Below are positions 26,375-40,000 of a stretch of 64,000 nt of DNA, one piece after another. Location of the stretch: contig NC_087436.1 in the NCBI RefSeq assembly GCF_036321535.1, positions 90,460,001 to 90,524,000 of the forward strand. The letters run 5' to 3'. This stretch comes from Camelus dromedarius. Lineage: Eukaryota. Under the pieces are notes generated by a model. It did not search any database. It was not told where the DNA came from and saw only the letters and a list, made by a program, of their open reading frames with translations. Made by a program: the position numbers and the translations under genes. Each line of letters starts with the position of its first letter. The stretch's first letter is position 1.

Positions 26375-27329
26375 TTCCATAAGTACGTGTGAGAAATATA
26401 AACATTCTGAAGTTCTGTACTTCACTGCATAGGTATCACTTGGGATTTTGAACTAGAAACTCTTCTCTTTTTGTATTCTGTCCTATATCCTTCTTTCTGC
26501 TAGTTCTGTAAGGTAAATAGCATCTTGTGCAGAAGAATGGGTGAGGATTCTAAAAATAGAAAAATTTAGGAAAAGTGCTCTTACATTTGGCTTTCAAACA
26601 CAGTTTTTACTCTCTCTAGTTTGATATCAGATCTGACTCTTCTCAAAAGAGACATCTTCTAAGATGATACAACCTATGTTTTCCTTCCGATTTATTATGA
26701 ATATGCATATTTTTGAGCATGTAGTATAACAAAAAGTAAAAAAAAATAATGGATAGTTATTTTATCTTTGTTCTAAAACATTGGTTTTAACTTTAACCTT
26801 AGTACTGTAGATGTAGAGGTAGATATAATAACCCTATTAAATTAATAAATATAATGATAGAAGTGATAAGCATTCTGATCAGTATTCTCCCCACCCAACA
26901 CTCAGTATTGAATTTTATTATTTTTTTATGATCATGAAGTGTTCTGGTGATTTTAAAGTCAGCAAGAATTAATGTCTGATTCTTACTAGACGTTCTGTTA
27001 TTTGTTTCAATTATATATATCTGCTTCTTGGGAAACTAGACAAAATAGTTTCCTCTCCCGATTCATAAACATTTTTTATAGATACTCAATGACATGGAAG
27101 GAGTACAAATACTCAGTTAGCCTTGGCTATCTGTGTTTGGATCTTTGTGCATCTATTGGGTTTTATCTTTTCAACCTATGACAAGAACTTAAAAGTGCTC
27201 ATCTTGAGCTATTGAGTGAAAGTGTGATCTTGCCACTCTTCTGATTTTTCATTCACTTCTGCATCTTCACCATGCTTGGAACACCCAAAACTACATATTC
27301 ATTTTTGCATTTTCTCCAGTGGAATGTTT

Positions 27330-27490
27330 TTGTTGGATTTTGTACATCTTCTTAAATCTTGTATTCAAGCTGGACATCACCACTCTCACTTCCTCTTCCA
27401 TTCTGATTTTCATAGGATACTTCCTTTTTATCACAGCATCACCCAAAACTCAGCTTTGCAAAAATACAGACATATTTGAAGACACATAGC
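27330..27490 (-). mobile_element. hAT-Charlie transposase C-terminal (dimerisation region) remnant
   Basis: Minus-strand translation across a frameshift, YFCKAEF / AVIKRKYPMKIRMEEEVRVVMSSLNTRFKKM, resembles Charlie YLCExGFS..IKSKYRxKINVExEMRVAVS. Confidence 0.65.
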
Positions 27491-28399
27491 CCAATCTGGT
27501 GCTGAAATTGCCAATAACCTGAAGCTTGTTATTTCGCTGTGTCTGACAGATGTTACTGTGTTTCCTTTCTTTAGATTTCTTGAATACTCCAAGATGTTCC
27601 CAGACTGAGAATTTTTATTTGCTCTTCTTGCTGCCCAGAATTCTTCCTGCTCTTCTTACATGCTGATGTGTTCTTTTAGTTTGTGTTTTCTGCTTAAATT
27701 TAGAAAGTGTTTTTAATATACCATGGGATTCAATTAACTGAAAAGTTTGTCTAAAATATTCCAATGGATGTTCATAACTGAAAAGAACTTTAATTTTCTA
27801 TTCTTGTACTTTCCTTATGATTCTGAAATGAATGCTACATAAGCTTCTTAAAAAATACAATGTGTATTACAATGAGCTTATATAACCCTTGAATGTTAGG
27901 TGGAATTCACCGGGGAACAAAAAAAAGAAACGCACAGGACTAAGGAATTTTAATATGAGGTGGTGACATTTTAATTCATTTTACAGTTACTAAAAAGTTA
28001 GTGACACTTTTACATAAGTGTATTCCTTTCAAGTATATCTGCAAATTTACAAGGACTAAATTTCTTATAATATTATTTTATTGTTTTATAAATCTCTTAT
28101 ATGACAGAAGCTATTTTACATTATTTAGTATGAATTTTGTTCACTCATATTTTCTTTCGTTTCTCCTTTAATAATGCTTCCAAAGATTTATAAATCATAT
28201 TATACTTTTTAAAGAAACAGGCTTTTTTAATGTTTTTACTGTTGTCTACTCCATTATATAGTTCTTTGATTTACTCATACAAATATTTCTCTAGAGTTTT
28301 CTAAGCTTTCTGTCTTTCTTCCACTGTTTGATTTCAGATAAATCTGTTACCCTTACACATTAATCACTATTACAGAACTAAAAAAAAAAAAAAAAAAAA

Positions 28400-29680
28400 A
28401 AAAGTCACCGTAACAAATGTCCTTCATCTTGCTGAATACAGTGGACATTTTCTATAAATCTTCTTGGCCGAATATCTCACTATATAACTACTACTTTTTT
28501 TTTCTGATATTTTTACCCTAAAACCCCTAAACACATTTATCTATACTATTGTTCCCATTTTGTCTTCTCTCATTTTGCCTTGAGCCCATTCCAGTAAGAA
28601 TTTTGTCCTCAATGGAACAATGAAATATACTTTGTCAATGTCAACAATGAAATATATCAGTATATTCAAGGTCAAGTTTCATTCTTCTTCTTATTTACCT
28701 ATATGTAGCAATGATACAATTGCTCATTCTTAAACATTCTTAACCTGGCTTCTCAGATGCCCTCTCTGTTCTTTAACAATACTAGGCTTATCTCTTTGGT
28801 TAGTTTGCTTTTTTCTTCATCTTTTGTATGAAACCATGCCCACAGGGTTAAAAATCCCATCCTGAAACCATGTCTGGTAGTGTTAACAGAAACTGATGAC
28901 TAACAGAAATTCGAACTCTTACAAAACAACAAATAAGGGAGTAGCTGGATAAAACTCCCTATGTTTGTAACACAACAAAACTGGATGAAACTCGGAATAG
29001 AACCAATGTCTGAACCAAGTCTGTGCAGAATAGACTTGCTTATCCATAGGTGACCTTTTCACATCACAGCCCCAAATTCCCTCACATGTTTAACATCAAA
29101 GCCCCCACCAAAACTGGCACATGCAACCCGTGATGAGGCATGGAAGTTGCCTGCACCTGCCCATAAGAACTTCATGTTACTTCCTTGGACTTTGTAACCA
29201 ACTACTCTCCTCCTTTCTTCACCACTCCAAAGCCCTAACATTCAATATTCACCTTAGCTTGCCACCAGAGAGACAGATTTGAGCCCTACATCCTGTCTCC
29301 TTGCCAGTCAACCTTACAAGAAGGCTTTTTCTTTTCTTAAAAGCCAGTGCCATAGTATTGGCTCCTATGTGCATCTGGCAGTAAGCCCTTTACTAATGTA
29401 CATATATAGTAATATTAACTATGATTCTGTCAGGTCTCATGGCTGTGCATTTATTTGTATGGTGGTAACTGTCTTTTTTCCCTTAAATCCTGGCTCATAT
29501 TCAGTTTCCTATTCAATATCTCCACGTGATTAGCCAATAAACCTCTCATACTCAACACATTCTCAGTCAAGTTCTGATCTTCTTCAACTCTTGTCTGTTC
29601 TGTATATAGACGTTGTCATTTCAGTGAATTTCTCTACTGTTCATCCAGGTACTCAGGACAAAAAACATTATCCAAATCTA
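28400..29680 (+). mobile_element. L2 LINE remnants flanking an inserted LTR
   Basis: Pyrimidine-rich L2-like text on both sides of 28829-29402 (cttcatcttgctgaatacagtggaca; tctcatactcaacacattc; ttcatccaggtactcagg). Confidence 0.5.
28829..29402 (+). mobile_element. ERV1-class (MER4-group-like) solo LTR
   Basis: Starts TGAAACCATGCCCACAGGGTT; contains cttttcttttcttaaaagccagtgccatagtattggctcctatgtgcat near the end; ends near ...TACA. Confidence 0.65.
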
Positions 29681-30629
29681 AAGACATATGACATATATGT
29701 CTAAAGACATATATGAAGACATGACATAGAAAAACAGAGTTTAACAATTTAGATCTGTAATGTTTTAGAAAGCTTCATAAAAGTAGAAACAGCAATAGAA
29801 AAAGCAGATGACTTGTAGTTTGGAAAAAAATCAGTACCTTTTTAAACACAAACTAAAAGGAAAACTTTTGACCTTAAAATAAAAAATACTATGTATTACA
29901 AATACTCATATATTACATATCTTAAAAGAGATATGTATAGGTTCATATAAAGATTAATAACTTGGACTAGGATGACATGAAGGGTGTTTCCTTTGGCAAT
30001 GCTATAGGAATTATGTTTTCCCCAAATGCAGCAAGATTTGGGCTACATTCATATAGCTATAAATACGGCTTTGTCTTCTATGTGTAAACATATGTTAGAT
30101 AATCTAAGATCAGAAAAAGTTACCTAAAACACTTGTACTATCTAAGCGCAGGAAAACAACTATAACTTGACAGTTTAGTAGAACCTATGTATTTAAAGCA
30201 TAATTTTTACTTTAAAATCTAAATAACAAGCAGTCAACCAAATAATAATACTGAAGAGACCAAACAGATGGGAATCTATAAAGTAGCTATAAAATATTAA
30301 TTTTTGTATTACACATAATCTGTAGTTCTGGCTCTGTTTAGATTTCAGTACTTCTATGTAATTATAAAACAATTACATGAAATATGCAGTTATGGGAAAT
30401 CACTGGAGCCCAAGTGACTGTTTCTAGTCAAGATGAAAAACATTAAGAAGGCATTATTCATATATTTAAAATTGTGGCAAAACATAAAACTGGCTAGAAT
30501 CTTGATTTTCCAAAATGTTTAACATCAATAAATTGACAAAATTTTACAACCTTTTAAACTAGAAGTGTTCATGAAACAAAACTTAAAAACTTCAAACACC
30601 AGTACTTGCCCTTTTTTCCTGCAGTTCTA

Positions 30630-31130
30630 CAGTAGACAACCTCAAAGATGGTCCCACGTAATTCCCACATCCTGGTTTTTAAGAAAGTTCTTGTAAATCC
30701 TCTACCCCTTGAATGTAAGCTGATCCTAGTGATTCACTTCATTCACTTCTAATGAACACAGCAAGTGATGGAATGGTACTTATGAGATTAGGATACAAAG
30801 TACTCTGGCTTCTGTCTTGCTGTCTCTTCTCTTTCTCATTCTGATGGAAGCCAGTTGACATGTGAGCTGTTTTATGGAGAAGTGCACATAGCAAGGACCT
30901 GATGTTACTTGACAGCATCTATAAGGACCTTAATTTTGCCAATAATTCTGCTTGTAAGTGAAACTTCAGTTAAGACCTCAGCCCCCCATGAGTGTAGCCT
31001 TTGAGAGACCCCGTGAGAGACAATGCTAACATGTGCCCAGATTACTGACCCAGAGAAACTGAAATAATAATTGTTGTTTTAAGTCACTGACTTGAGGGGT
31101 AATTTATTATGTAGCAATAGATGACTAGTA
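30630..31130 (+). mobile_element. MaLR LTR (MLT1E/F-like)
   Basis: aagatggtccc...cccacatcctgg...ccccttgaatgtaagctg; end ctgacccagagaaactg...ttgttgttttaagtcact...gtagcaatagatgactagta. Confidence 0.8.
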
Positions 31131-32567
31131 TAAGTCTCAACAGAAGTAATATGCCCATATCTACTTTTAATCCATTGATTCAAGATAAATAAATTTGTGA
31201 TAATTCACTTGTATTTGTTTCGCGGCACATAGTTCATGATCAGTAAATATCGTTAACACTCACTAAAGAAAAAAAGCATTCCTTTCAGACTTGAAACAAT
31301 GACGGACCAGTTGTACCTTCTATTAGGCAACAATTCTTCTGAAATGTAATTTTTATGTATGATGTTTAAAGGACTGAGTCAATATATGTTTAAGAACTAA
31401 TATTAAACTTTAGTTAGAGAGTAGACTGGTAGAAAGTTTTAAAGGAAACAGTGATACTGTTAAGCAAAAATTGGCTAGGGATGAAATTGTATTGCAGTTA
31501 GAGTGAAGAGATAATAAATGCCTTTGTAATTAGAAATTTTGGATTCTTTTTTCCTAGTATGTTTTAAGATTGTGTGGTTTACTTATACACACACTAAGGG
31601 CGAAGAGAGATTGAGAGAGAAAAAAAATTAGGATGAGCTGTATCTTTCAAAATAAATCATTATAGGATAAAATTAACAAGGGAGTGATTTTTTTTTTCCT
31701 TTGTGGCTTATTTATCAAAATTCAACTAATCATGATGATTGTAATGAGATACAAATTCAGACTATACAAACTGCTTGGATGAATTGTTTTCTTTTTTTAA
31801 GGCATGCCTTAAACCAATTTTTAAGGCATCCCTTAAAATTAATCAATGCATATGTATTTCATGGCCTATAAGTATTCCCTCTGAGAGTTTATTCACATTT
31901 AAGTTTTCACATTTAAATTTTAAGTATCTGCTATATGCCATAAATTTCTTTTATGAATTTGTGTCCAGCGCAAATCTTCTCAACTTACAGATTTGGTTTA
32001 TACAGTCAGTTCAAGTGGCTGTCATCTGTTTTCATGTTTTTAGTGACTTTTCTCATTCTTATTTTTACATGGTGAAATAATTAATTAAACCAGTTTATAA
32101 TATTATGTGGAAAAAAATAGGAGTAAATTGTACAAATGTCACCAGAACACCAGTAGAAGATAATTAATTCTCACGTATATATCTCCCTTATGTTCTAAAA
32201 ATATCTTTTAGAAAAGAAGTGATACTTTATCATAAATTTTATTAGCGCTAGTAAAATTCATCCTTCTAGATTTATACTAAACATATAACCTACTTAACTG
32301 TATTTCCATTTTTAGTTCTACAAATGATACTGTGAGCCTTAAGGACCAAGGCCTGTGAGTGGTAGAGATAGATAGGAATTGAATCCACTTCATGTGCTAT
32401 CAGTTCAGTGCTTCTTGGCTCTTATTGTATCTTTTATTATCTGTCCTAGTAAGTCTCAGTTGAGAACCCACTCCCACACTTAGTTTTTGTAGGAAAAGCA
32501 TATAAGTGATGGACAAAATAACACTTGCCAATAATTTATATTTTCTGGCTTTATTAAGATATAATTG

Positions 32568-32580
32568 ATGTGTGTGTGTG

Positions 32581-32639
<59 letters not shown>
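32568..32639. repeat. (TG)n(TA)n microsatellite
   Basis: Directly visible long TA run. Confidence 0.95.
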
Positions 32640-32643
<4 letters not shown>

Positions 32644-33110
32644 CATTGTGGACATTTAAGGTGTACATCAGATTGATTTGACAGACATATATATTGCAGA
32701 ATGATTACCATCATAGCATTAGGTAACATCTCAGTTATATCACATAACTGCCATTTCTTTTTGTGGTGAAAACATTTTGGATGTAATCTCTTAGGAACTT
32801 TCAAATATATAATACAGTATTATTAATTATAATCATCATGCTGTACATTAAGTCCCCAGGACTTATCTTACAACTGGCAGTTTGTATCCTTTGAGCAACA
32901 TCTCCTTATTTCTCTATCCCTCAGACTCAGGCAACCATCAATCTAGTCTCTCTTTCTACAGGTTCAGCTTTTTTAGATTACACATGAAAGTAATATCTAC
33001 GTTATCTTCTTTCTCTGTCTGATTTATTTTACGTGGCATAATGTCCTCAAGGTACATCCTTGTTGTTCCAAATGGCAGGATGTCCTTTTTTTTAATGTCT
33101 GAATAATAGT

Positions 33111-33171
<61 letters not shown>
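33111..33171. repeat. (TG)n(TA)n microsatellite
   Basis: Directly visible. Confidence 0.95.
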
Positions 33172-33173
<2 letters not shown>

Positions 33174-33419
33174 CATATCTTCTTTATCCATTCATCCATT
33201 GATGGACACTTAAATGGTTTCCATATCTTAGCTATTGTGAATATTGCTGCAATGAACATAGTGTTCAGATAGCTCTTGATATCCTGTCTCATTTCTTTTG
33301 GAATATACCCAGTACTGGGATTGCTGGATCATATGGTAGTTCTATTTTAAATTTTTTGAGGAACCTCCATATATATATATTACACTTATGTAGCTTGAAA
33401 TTAACTTTGAAAAAAATTA

Positions 33420-33660
33420 TGAGGAATTTACTATGTGCCAGATAGTTTCTAAGTACTTTACATGATTAACTCATTTAATCTTCACAATAATGTGTATGAT
33501 ATGCATACAAATGTACGTGAATATACGTGATTTGCAGATGAAGAGATACAGATAATTTACATAACTTGGCAAAGGTCACCTAGTTATTATATCACAGACA
33601 CATATTTTGAGTCTGAAACTCTGGCTCCAAAACCCATGATTTTAAACATTATACTGTATT
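33420..33660 (-). mobile_element. MIR fragment
   Basis: tttactatgtgccag...aactcatttaatccttcacaa...ttgcagatgaag...aacttggcaaaggtcac. Confidence 0.75.
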
Positions 33661-33777
33661 TCTCATTCTTAAGGCTATTAATTTCAGGGCAACATGTATG
33701 ATATTCTGAACAAACTTCAGTGTCAAATAAGCCAGTGTTTTTATTTGTTTAATTTTGTTTTATGTTGATCAGTGTGC

Positions 33778-36004
33778 TTTTTTTTTTAACATTTTTTATT
33801 GTGTAATAGTCATTTTACAATGTTGTGTCAAATTCCACTGTACAGCATAATTTTTCAGTTATACATGAAGATACATATATTCATTGTCACATTTTTTTTC
33901 ACTGTGAGTTACCACAATATCTTGTATATGTTTCTCTGTGCTATACAGTATAATCTCGTTTATCTATTCTACATTTTGAAATCCCAGTTTGTCCCTTCCT
34001 ACCCCACACCCGCTTGGCAACCACAAATTTGTATTCTATGTCTATGAGTCTGTGTCTGTTTTGTATTTATGGTTTTGTTTTGTTTTGTTTTTTTAGATTC
34101 TGCATATGAGCAATCTCATACAGTATTTTTTTTTTCTCTTTCTGGCTTATTCACTTAGAATGACATTCTCCAGGAACATCCATGTTGCTGCAAATAGCGT
34201 TATGTTGTCAGTTTTTATGGCTGAATGGTATTCCATTGTATAAATAGTACCACCTCTTCTTTATCCCGTCATCTGTTGATGGACATTTAGGCTGTTTCCA
34301 TGTCTTGGCTATTGTAAATAGTGCTGCTATGAACATTGGGGTGCAGGTGTCATTTTGAAGTAGGGTTCCATCTGGATATATGCCCAGGAGCAGGATTCCT
34401 GGGTCATATGGTAAGTCTATTCCTAGTCCTTTGAGGAATCTCTGTACTGTTTTCCAAAGTGGCTGCACCAAACTGCATCCCCACCAGCAGTGTAGGAGGG
34501 TTCCCCTTTCTCCACAGCCTCTCCAGCATTTGTCATTTGTGGACTTTTGAATGTTGGCCATTCTGACTGGTGTGAGGTGATGCCTTGTCGTAGTTTTGAT
34601 TTGCAATTCTCTGATAATTAGTGATACTGAGCATTTTTTATATGCCTATTGATCATTAGTATGTCTTCCTTGGAGAATTGCTTGTTTAGGACTTTTGCTC
34701 ATTTTTGGATTGGGTTGATTGGTTGTTTCTTATTAAGTCGTATGAGCTGCTTATATATTCTGGAGATTAAGTCTTTGTCAATTTCACTTGCAAACCTACA
34801 GCCAGGATGTACTCAACAGTGAAAAACTCAAAAGCATCCCACTAAAATCTGGGACAAGACAAGGCCACCCACTATCACCACTCCTATTTAACGTATCTTG
34901 GAAGTCCTAGCCACAACAGTCAGGCAAGAAAGAGAAATAAAAGGGATCCAAATTGGAAAAGAAGAGGTAAAAGTGTCACTGTATGCCAATGGCATGTTAC
35001 TATATATAGAAAACCCTAAAAGGTCCACACAGAAACTACTAGAGCTGATCAAAGAATTCAGCAAGGTAGCAGGTTACAAGATTAACGTTCAAAGTCAGTT
35101 GCTTTTCTTTATACTAACGATGAATCAACAGAAAAAGAAAGTAAAGAAACAATCCCCTTTAAAATAGCACCCAAAGTAATAAAATACCTAGGAGTAAATC
35201 TAACCAAGGAGGTGAAAGAATTATACACAGAAAACTATAAACCACTGATGAAGGAAATTAAAGAAGACTTTAAAAAATGGAAAGATATCCCATGCTTGTG
35301 GATTGGAAGAATCAATATTGTTAAAATGGTCACACTGCCCCAGTCAATCTACAGATTTAATGCAATCCCTATCAAATTACCCAGGACATACTTCACAGAA
35401 CTAGAACAAATCAAAATAAAATTTACATGGAACCATCAAAGACCTAGAATTGCCAAAGCATTACTGAAGAAAAAGAAAGAGGCTGGAGGAATAACTCTCC
35501 CAGACATCAGACAATACTGTAGAGCTATGGTTATCAAGACAGCATGGTATTGGTACAAAAACAGACATATGGAACAATGGAACAGAATAGAGAGCCCAGA
35601 AATGAACCCACAAACTTTTGATCAACTAATCTTCGACAAAGGGGGCAACAATATACAATGGAATAACGGCAGTCTCTTCAGCAAATGGCGTTGGGAAAAC
35701 TGGACAGCAGCATGTAAAGCACTGAAGCCTGAACACTTCCTTACACCATACACAAAAATAAACTCAAAATGGATCAAAGACTTAAACATAAGACAAGATA
35801 CAATAAACCTCCTAGAAGAAAATACAGGCAGAACATTATTTGACATACATCTCAGAAATATTCTCCTAGGACAGTCTACCCAAGCAATAGAAAGAAAAGC
35901 AAAAGTAAACAAATGGGACCTAATTAAACTTACAAGCTTCTGCATAGCAAAGGAAACCATAAATAAAACAAAACGACAACCTATGAAATGGGAGAAAATT
36001 TTTG
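33778..36004 (-). mobile_element. Young (camelid-like) 5'-truncated LINE-1 with 5' inversion: 33778-34794 minus, 34791-36004 plus
   Basis: ORF 34208-34606(-) is the ORF2 C-terminus ([16 protein letters not shown]); ORFs 34898-35167 and 35212-36120(+) are ORF2 RT/post-RT regions; T tail at 33778. Confidence 0.93.
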
Positions 36005-36416
36005 TATGTGCTCTTGTTATAACCCAGAAACTGAGAATTACTCTAATTTTCCTGACTATGAGCTTAGAATCCTGTACTTTTTATTATTATGTCTGTTCTT
36101 TCAAATTCATGGCATTTTGAAATAACAATTTAAAAAATGACATAAAACCTATGAATGCATTTTACACACATAATTTAGAAAATTGGGCTAAAATTTTCCT
36201 CTGTTTAAATCTTTCTGGATCCCTGATAAAAGGGTATGATTTAGGATTTCCCCCTTAAGTGTTAGGAGACAATTAGTCCTAATTTGAAGCAGTCAGTGTA
36301 CATTGCACATGGCAAATAGAGGATTTAATATTTGTCCTTGAAAAATATAACTTCTGACTCTGTATTTCTGATATATTTTTTACATTACTTGTAAAAACTT
36401 CTAATGACTTCAGGCT

Positions 36417-37041
36417 TGGTTACTGAACTGAACTTAGGTCCATTCCCAACACGCAGCAAAGCCATTCTATTGACATCAGGTTGTGGTGAAGGAAAGTACA
36501 GTGTTTATTCCAGGGTGCCAAGCAAGGAGAATGGGTATTTTGTACTCAAAAGACCCTAACTCCCCAATGGCTTTCAGGGAAGATTTTTAAAGACAGCATG
36601 AGGAAGAGGGTCCCAGAGTGCATGGTCAGCTCATGAATAGTTCTCTGATTGGTTGATGGTAAGGTAACAAGGTGATGTTTTGGCAATTCTTATTACCAAC
36701 CTTCTGGTCTCAACTGGTCTTGGGTCTATATACTGGTGGTCAGCATGCAGTTAACTTCCTCCACCTGATAGGAATGATAACAGCAAGACAACTGAAAGAT
36801 ATGGCTCAAGATATTATCCATAGCCCTTGAGGAGGAATTAAAGTTGCTTGACTTTGTTTTATGGCTAAACAATCATTAGTTTGTCTTGCTTGACTGTTTT
36901 ATTTTTGCATTTTCTCACTTCTCTAATAAAATTTGCTCTTTGGAACTCAGGGAAGGCTGAAGAGGCCAAAGCCAGAGGTAGGGGACATGAGAGGGAGTGA
37001 TCTGTCCTTGAGAGGGCCCTGCAGGGTCCTGATTAGTTTCA
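36417..37041 (-). mobile_element. ERV1-class solo LTR
   Basis: ~625 bp GC-richer block from gttactgaac... to ...tagtttca; poly(A) signal on the minus strand (tttatt ~36504); ctgattggtt CCAAT box. Confidence 0.7.
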
Positions 37042-40000
37042 GTTTAAATAATTTTATTTTATATATGTAAAACTCAGACCTTTATCTTTTAAAATATTAG
37101 TGCTAAATTTTTTTAAAAATTGGCATTTAGATGACTAAGGAGGAAATGTTTTCAGCAAGACTGGGGTCAAATTCTTCTTAAACTAGAATATTTTACATAG
37201 AATAGAGCTGCTGGTGAAAGTCTAATGTGAACACATGGCATTTAATTTCCATGAAAGTTTCAATATTCTGAGTAAAATGGGGCTATGAGTAAAATAATAA
37301 AATATAAATGGAACAGCATGATAATAGTGTCCTACTGAGATTCAGACACCAGCAGTGGAAGGGGCTGTTCTGAGAGCATCTGTCTTTTTGGCAAAATTCA
37401 AAGTCAGCTGCTCTGGTTACTTTCATAATGCTCATGAGATTTCCATTTGATTACAGAAATGATGTGTGCCCTCTATTGCTAGACCTGAGTCATTTGCATT
37501 TGCCCTACCTATGATGTCAGGTTATTTTTTAAATTGCTTTTAATGAGAAAAAAAAATACTTCCTGAGAAAAACACAGTGTAAATCTTTAGTAAGCCCTTA
37601 TAATTTAAACTCAGCTTTGCCCACATGTATCCTTTTTCCAAATCTCATCCTTATTTGTGTTCCCAGTATGATGGATGACAATAGTTGCAAGCTAATATCC
37701 TTGTTCTTATCATGTCATGGTCTCTTGTAAATGCTGTCCTTTTTTGAGGTGACCTATTATATCTCTCCCTGCTTTCCAATTATTTTCTTGTAAAGGACTG
37801 ATAAGGTAAATATATGCCTGCTATTTTTCTCTCCAAGAGCAGTTGCTCCTTTTTACAAATATTTAGAAACTCAAGACTTTCTTATCATACCAAAATGGAA
37901 GACTTACTAATACATTATCCTCCAAAAGTGAGGTTGTAAGAGTCTGTGTACACATGCCTTAAATATGTATACAGTGAAGTGTGTACAAACTATTGAGACA
38001 GTAAACATGGCTGGAATTACTATTTTGTCATTTTTAGCTGATGATTCTGGATGATATACATAGGATTTCTGACTTTCAATGTACTCGTTGCAAAGTATTG
38101 AGATAAGATAACACATATGTTAAGAAAACATAATATACAGTTATATATTGAAATTTCTACAAAGAGGAAGTGTGTATTAACCTGACATTAGCATGTCCCC
38201 AAGGACATTACAAAAGTGCAACTGACTACTGGGTGATGGATATCTCATTTAAATATTTTGTCTTTTGAGGAATATTTTCTATCAACATATCTCATCCCAG
38301 TTATCTAAAAAGGTGACTTGTGGAAAAATTATCTCTTGAAATATTTGTTCTGTATTCACAATTTTTATGTGATGAAAGGGAAAAATACAGAACAAGTTAC
38401 AATTTATAATTAAAAGTCAGTAAAACCAGTCAGGATTATAGGCAGGACATTACTCAAAAGAGAAAACCGAGTGAGCTGGTTATAGAAATTGAAAGAGCAA
38501 CACAGGTGCAGAGGTTAAGTGGAAATTATGCAGCCAAAATTTAAAAGAAACATGCAAGAAATGTTTGAAAACGAAGGATCATTGTGGCAATTCAGAGTGC
38601 CTGTAAGAGTGTGATCAGTGAACTAATTGTATTATGTAAATTAAAGCATAATGTATAAAAGAAGCTTCTAAAACTAGCTTATTTTCAAATAATATAAGAG
38701 GTGCTCTCTGGTGGATTATACGAAATGACATCAAGGTGAGTAAAATATTCAGACTATCACATCCCTGCAATTAGCAGCTGTGTTGAATATTTTTCATTTA
38801 ACCCTTCCTGATCCATTTTCCACCTTTCTTCTCTCTACTCTCTGCCCTGTTGATGCCAACTGCCACGAAGAACTGGAAAATTAGGATCATCTGTTTGGGT
38901 TTAGCAAAGGGTTTGTTTGGCAGATTATCAGAAGATAGGGAGACAGCAAAGTCAGAACTTGTTATTTTGCCCAACTCCTTCCCTGTCATGCTGTGGGTTA
39001 TAGTATTTCCTCCCCTTGACCTCAGCCCTCAGCTTCTGTTAAGCTACATATTTTGAGCACTTATATGCAAAATGGGAGAAACTATTTCTATTGATGTAAT
39101 ATTGATACTATCCCAAATTTGCTTAATTAGTTCAATATATATAAACCTAGAAACAAATAATGCCATAACAACTTTAAAAAGTAAATAATAAATTAAAGGC
39201 TAATATAAGCAGGAGAATGTATAGTTAGATTTTTATTTTAGCAAAACATTGTTAGATGGAGAACATCATCATAGAATGGAAAGATCATAGCTTTTGTATT
39301 TAACACACCAAAGTACAAATTGTCGCTGCATTATTTACGTCCTGTGTAACTTTTATGTCCATTAATCTCGGTTTTCTAACCTGTAAAATAGGTTTAATAA
39401 TTCTAATTTTTCATAATAGTTGTAGAGAGATCATTTGAACAGGATTTAAGAATATAAGACAGATGCCTGAGAAGCACTATTCTGGTGCTCCATGTCTCAG
39501 ACACCTAAGGCCGATTTTACTTAAAGTAATTTTTAAAGAAATTACCTAAACTTTATCAGTTTTTCACATTTCTTTTTTTCACATCCCCCATTTTTTCCCC
39601 TGCAAAAATTGTTTCTGTAATCTTGTGTCATATTTTTTGCTTTCTTGTTACCCTTTAAAACTTTGTGAACAGTCATCAGTTTTCCTCCAAGTATAAGTCT
39701 GATGATATAGAATTGCTTTGATGTATACAATTTAAATTTTAATTCACTTATTTCCAGATTTTCTCCAAGAAAATTTGTTTTTGGGAAGACAGATTTTTTT
39801 GAGATTAGTTTTTTTTTTTTTCTCATTTTAAATTATCTTTATGAAAGCGCAGTTACGTGATTCTGTTCTGTTATGGCAGTCATAATTTTGGATTTTGACT
39901 TACAATTTATTAGCAAAAACCAATATGTAATAGAATTTCCAATCCCATTCACAAATCAAAACAGTTAAATTATTTCTGAATCTAGAATATCTAGAAATAG

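Larger units (their letters stand above)
32549..33372 (-). mobile_element. LINE-1 3' end (L1MA9-like) with expanded (TA)n tracts
   Basis: tttattaagatataattga...ggaactttcaaatatataatacagtattattaa...; ORF2 C-terminal KKDILPFGTTRMYLEDIM. Confidence 0.85.

Noticed and set aside
28380..28403. Isolated poly(A) tract
   Set aside because: No retrocopy body or TSD is visible upstream; treated as a simple mononucleotide run.
32400..32804. 134-aa ORF with an IYIYIY run
   Set aside because: The frame is kept open by a (TA)n microsatellite in an L1 3'UTR.
35212..36120. 302-aa ORF, the longest in the window
   Set aside because: It is an L1 ORF2 fragment in the inverted segment of a truncated L1, with a GTG start and read-through into flank; not a host gene.
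38038..38094. Possible exon LMILDDIHRISDFQCTRCK after tttttag
   Set aside because: The donor AAA|GTATTG is poor and the peptide is unrecognised.
39461..39508. Imperfect hairpin agatgcctgaga...tctcagacacct
   Set aside because: Short, bulged and at the end of a MIR-like fragment; insufficient for a miRNA or other ncRNA call.
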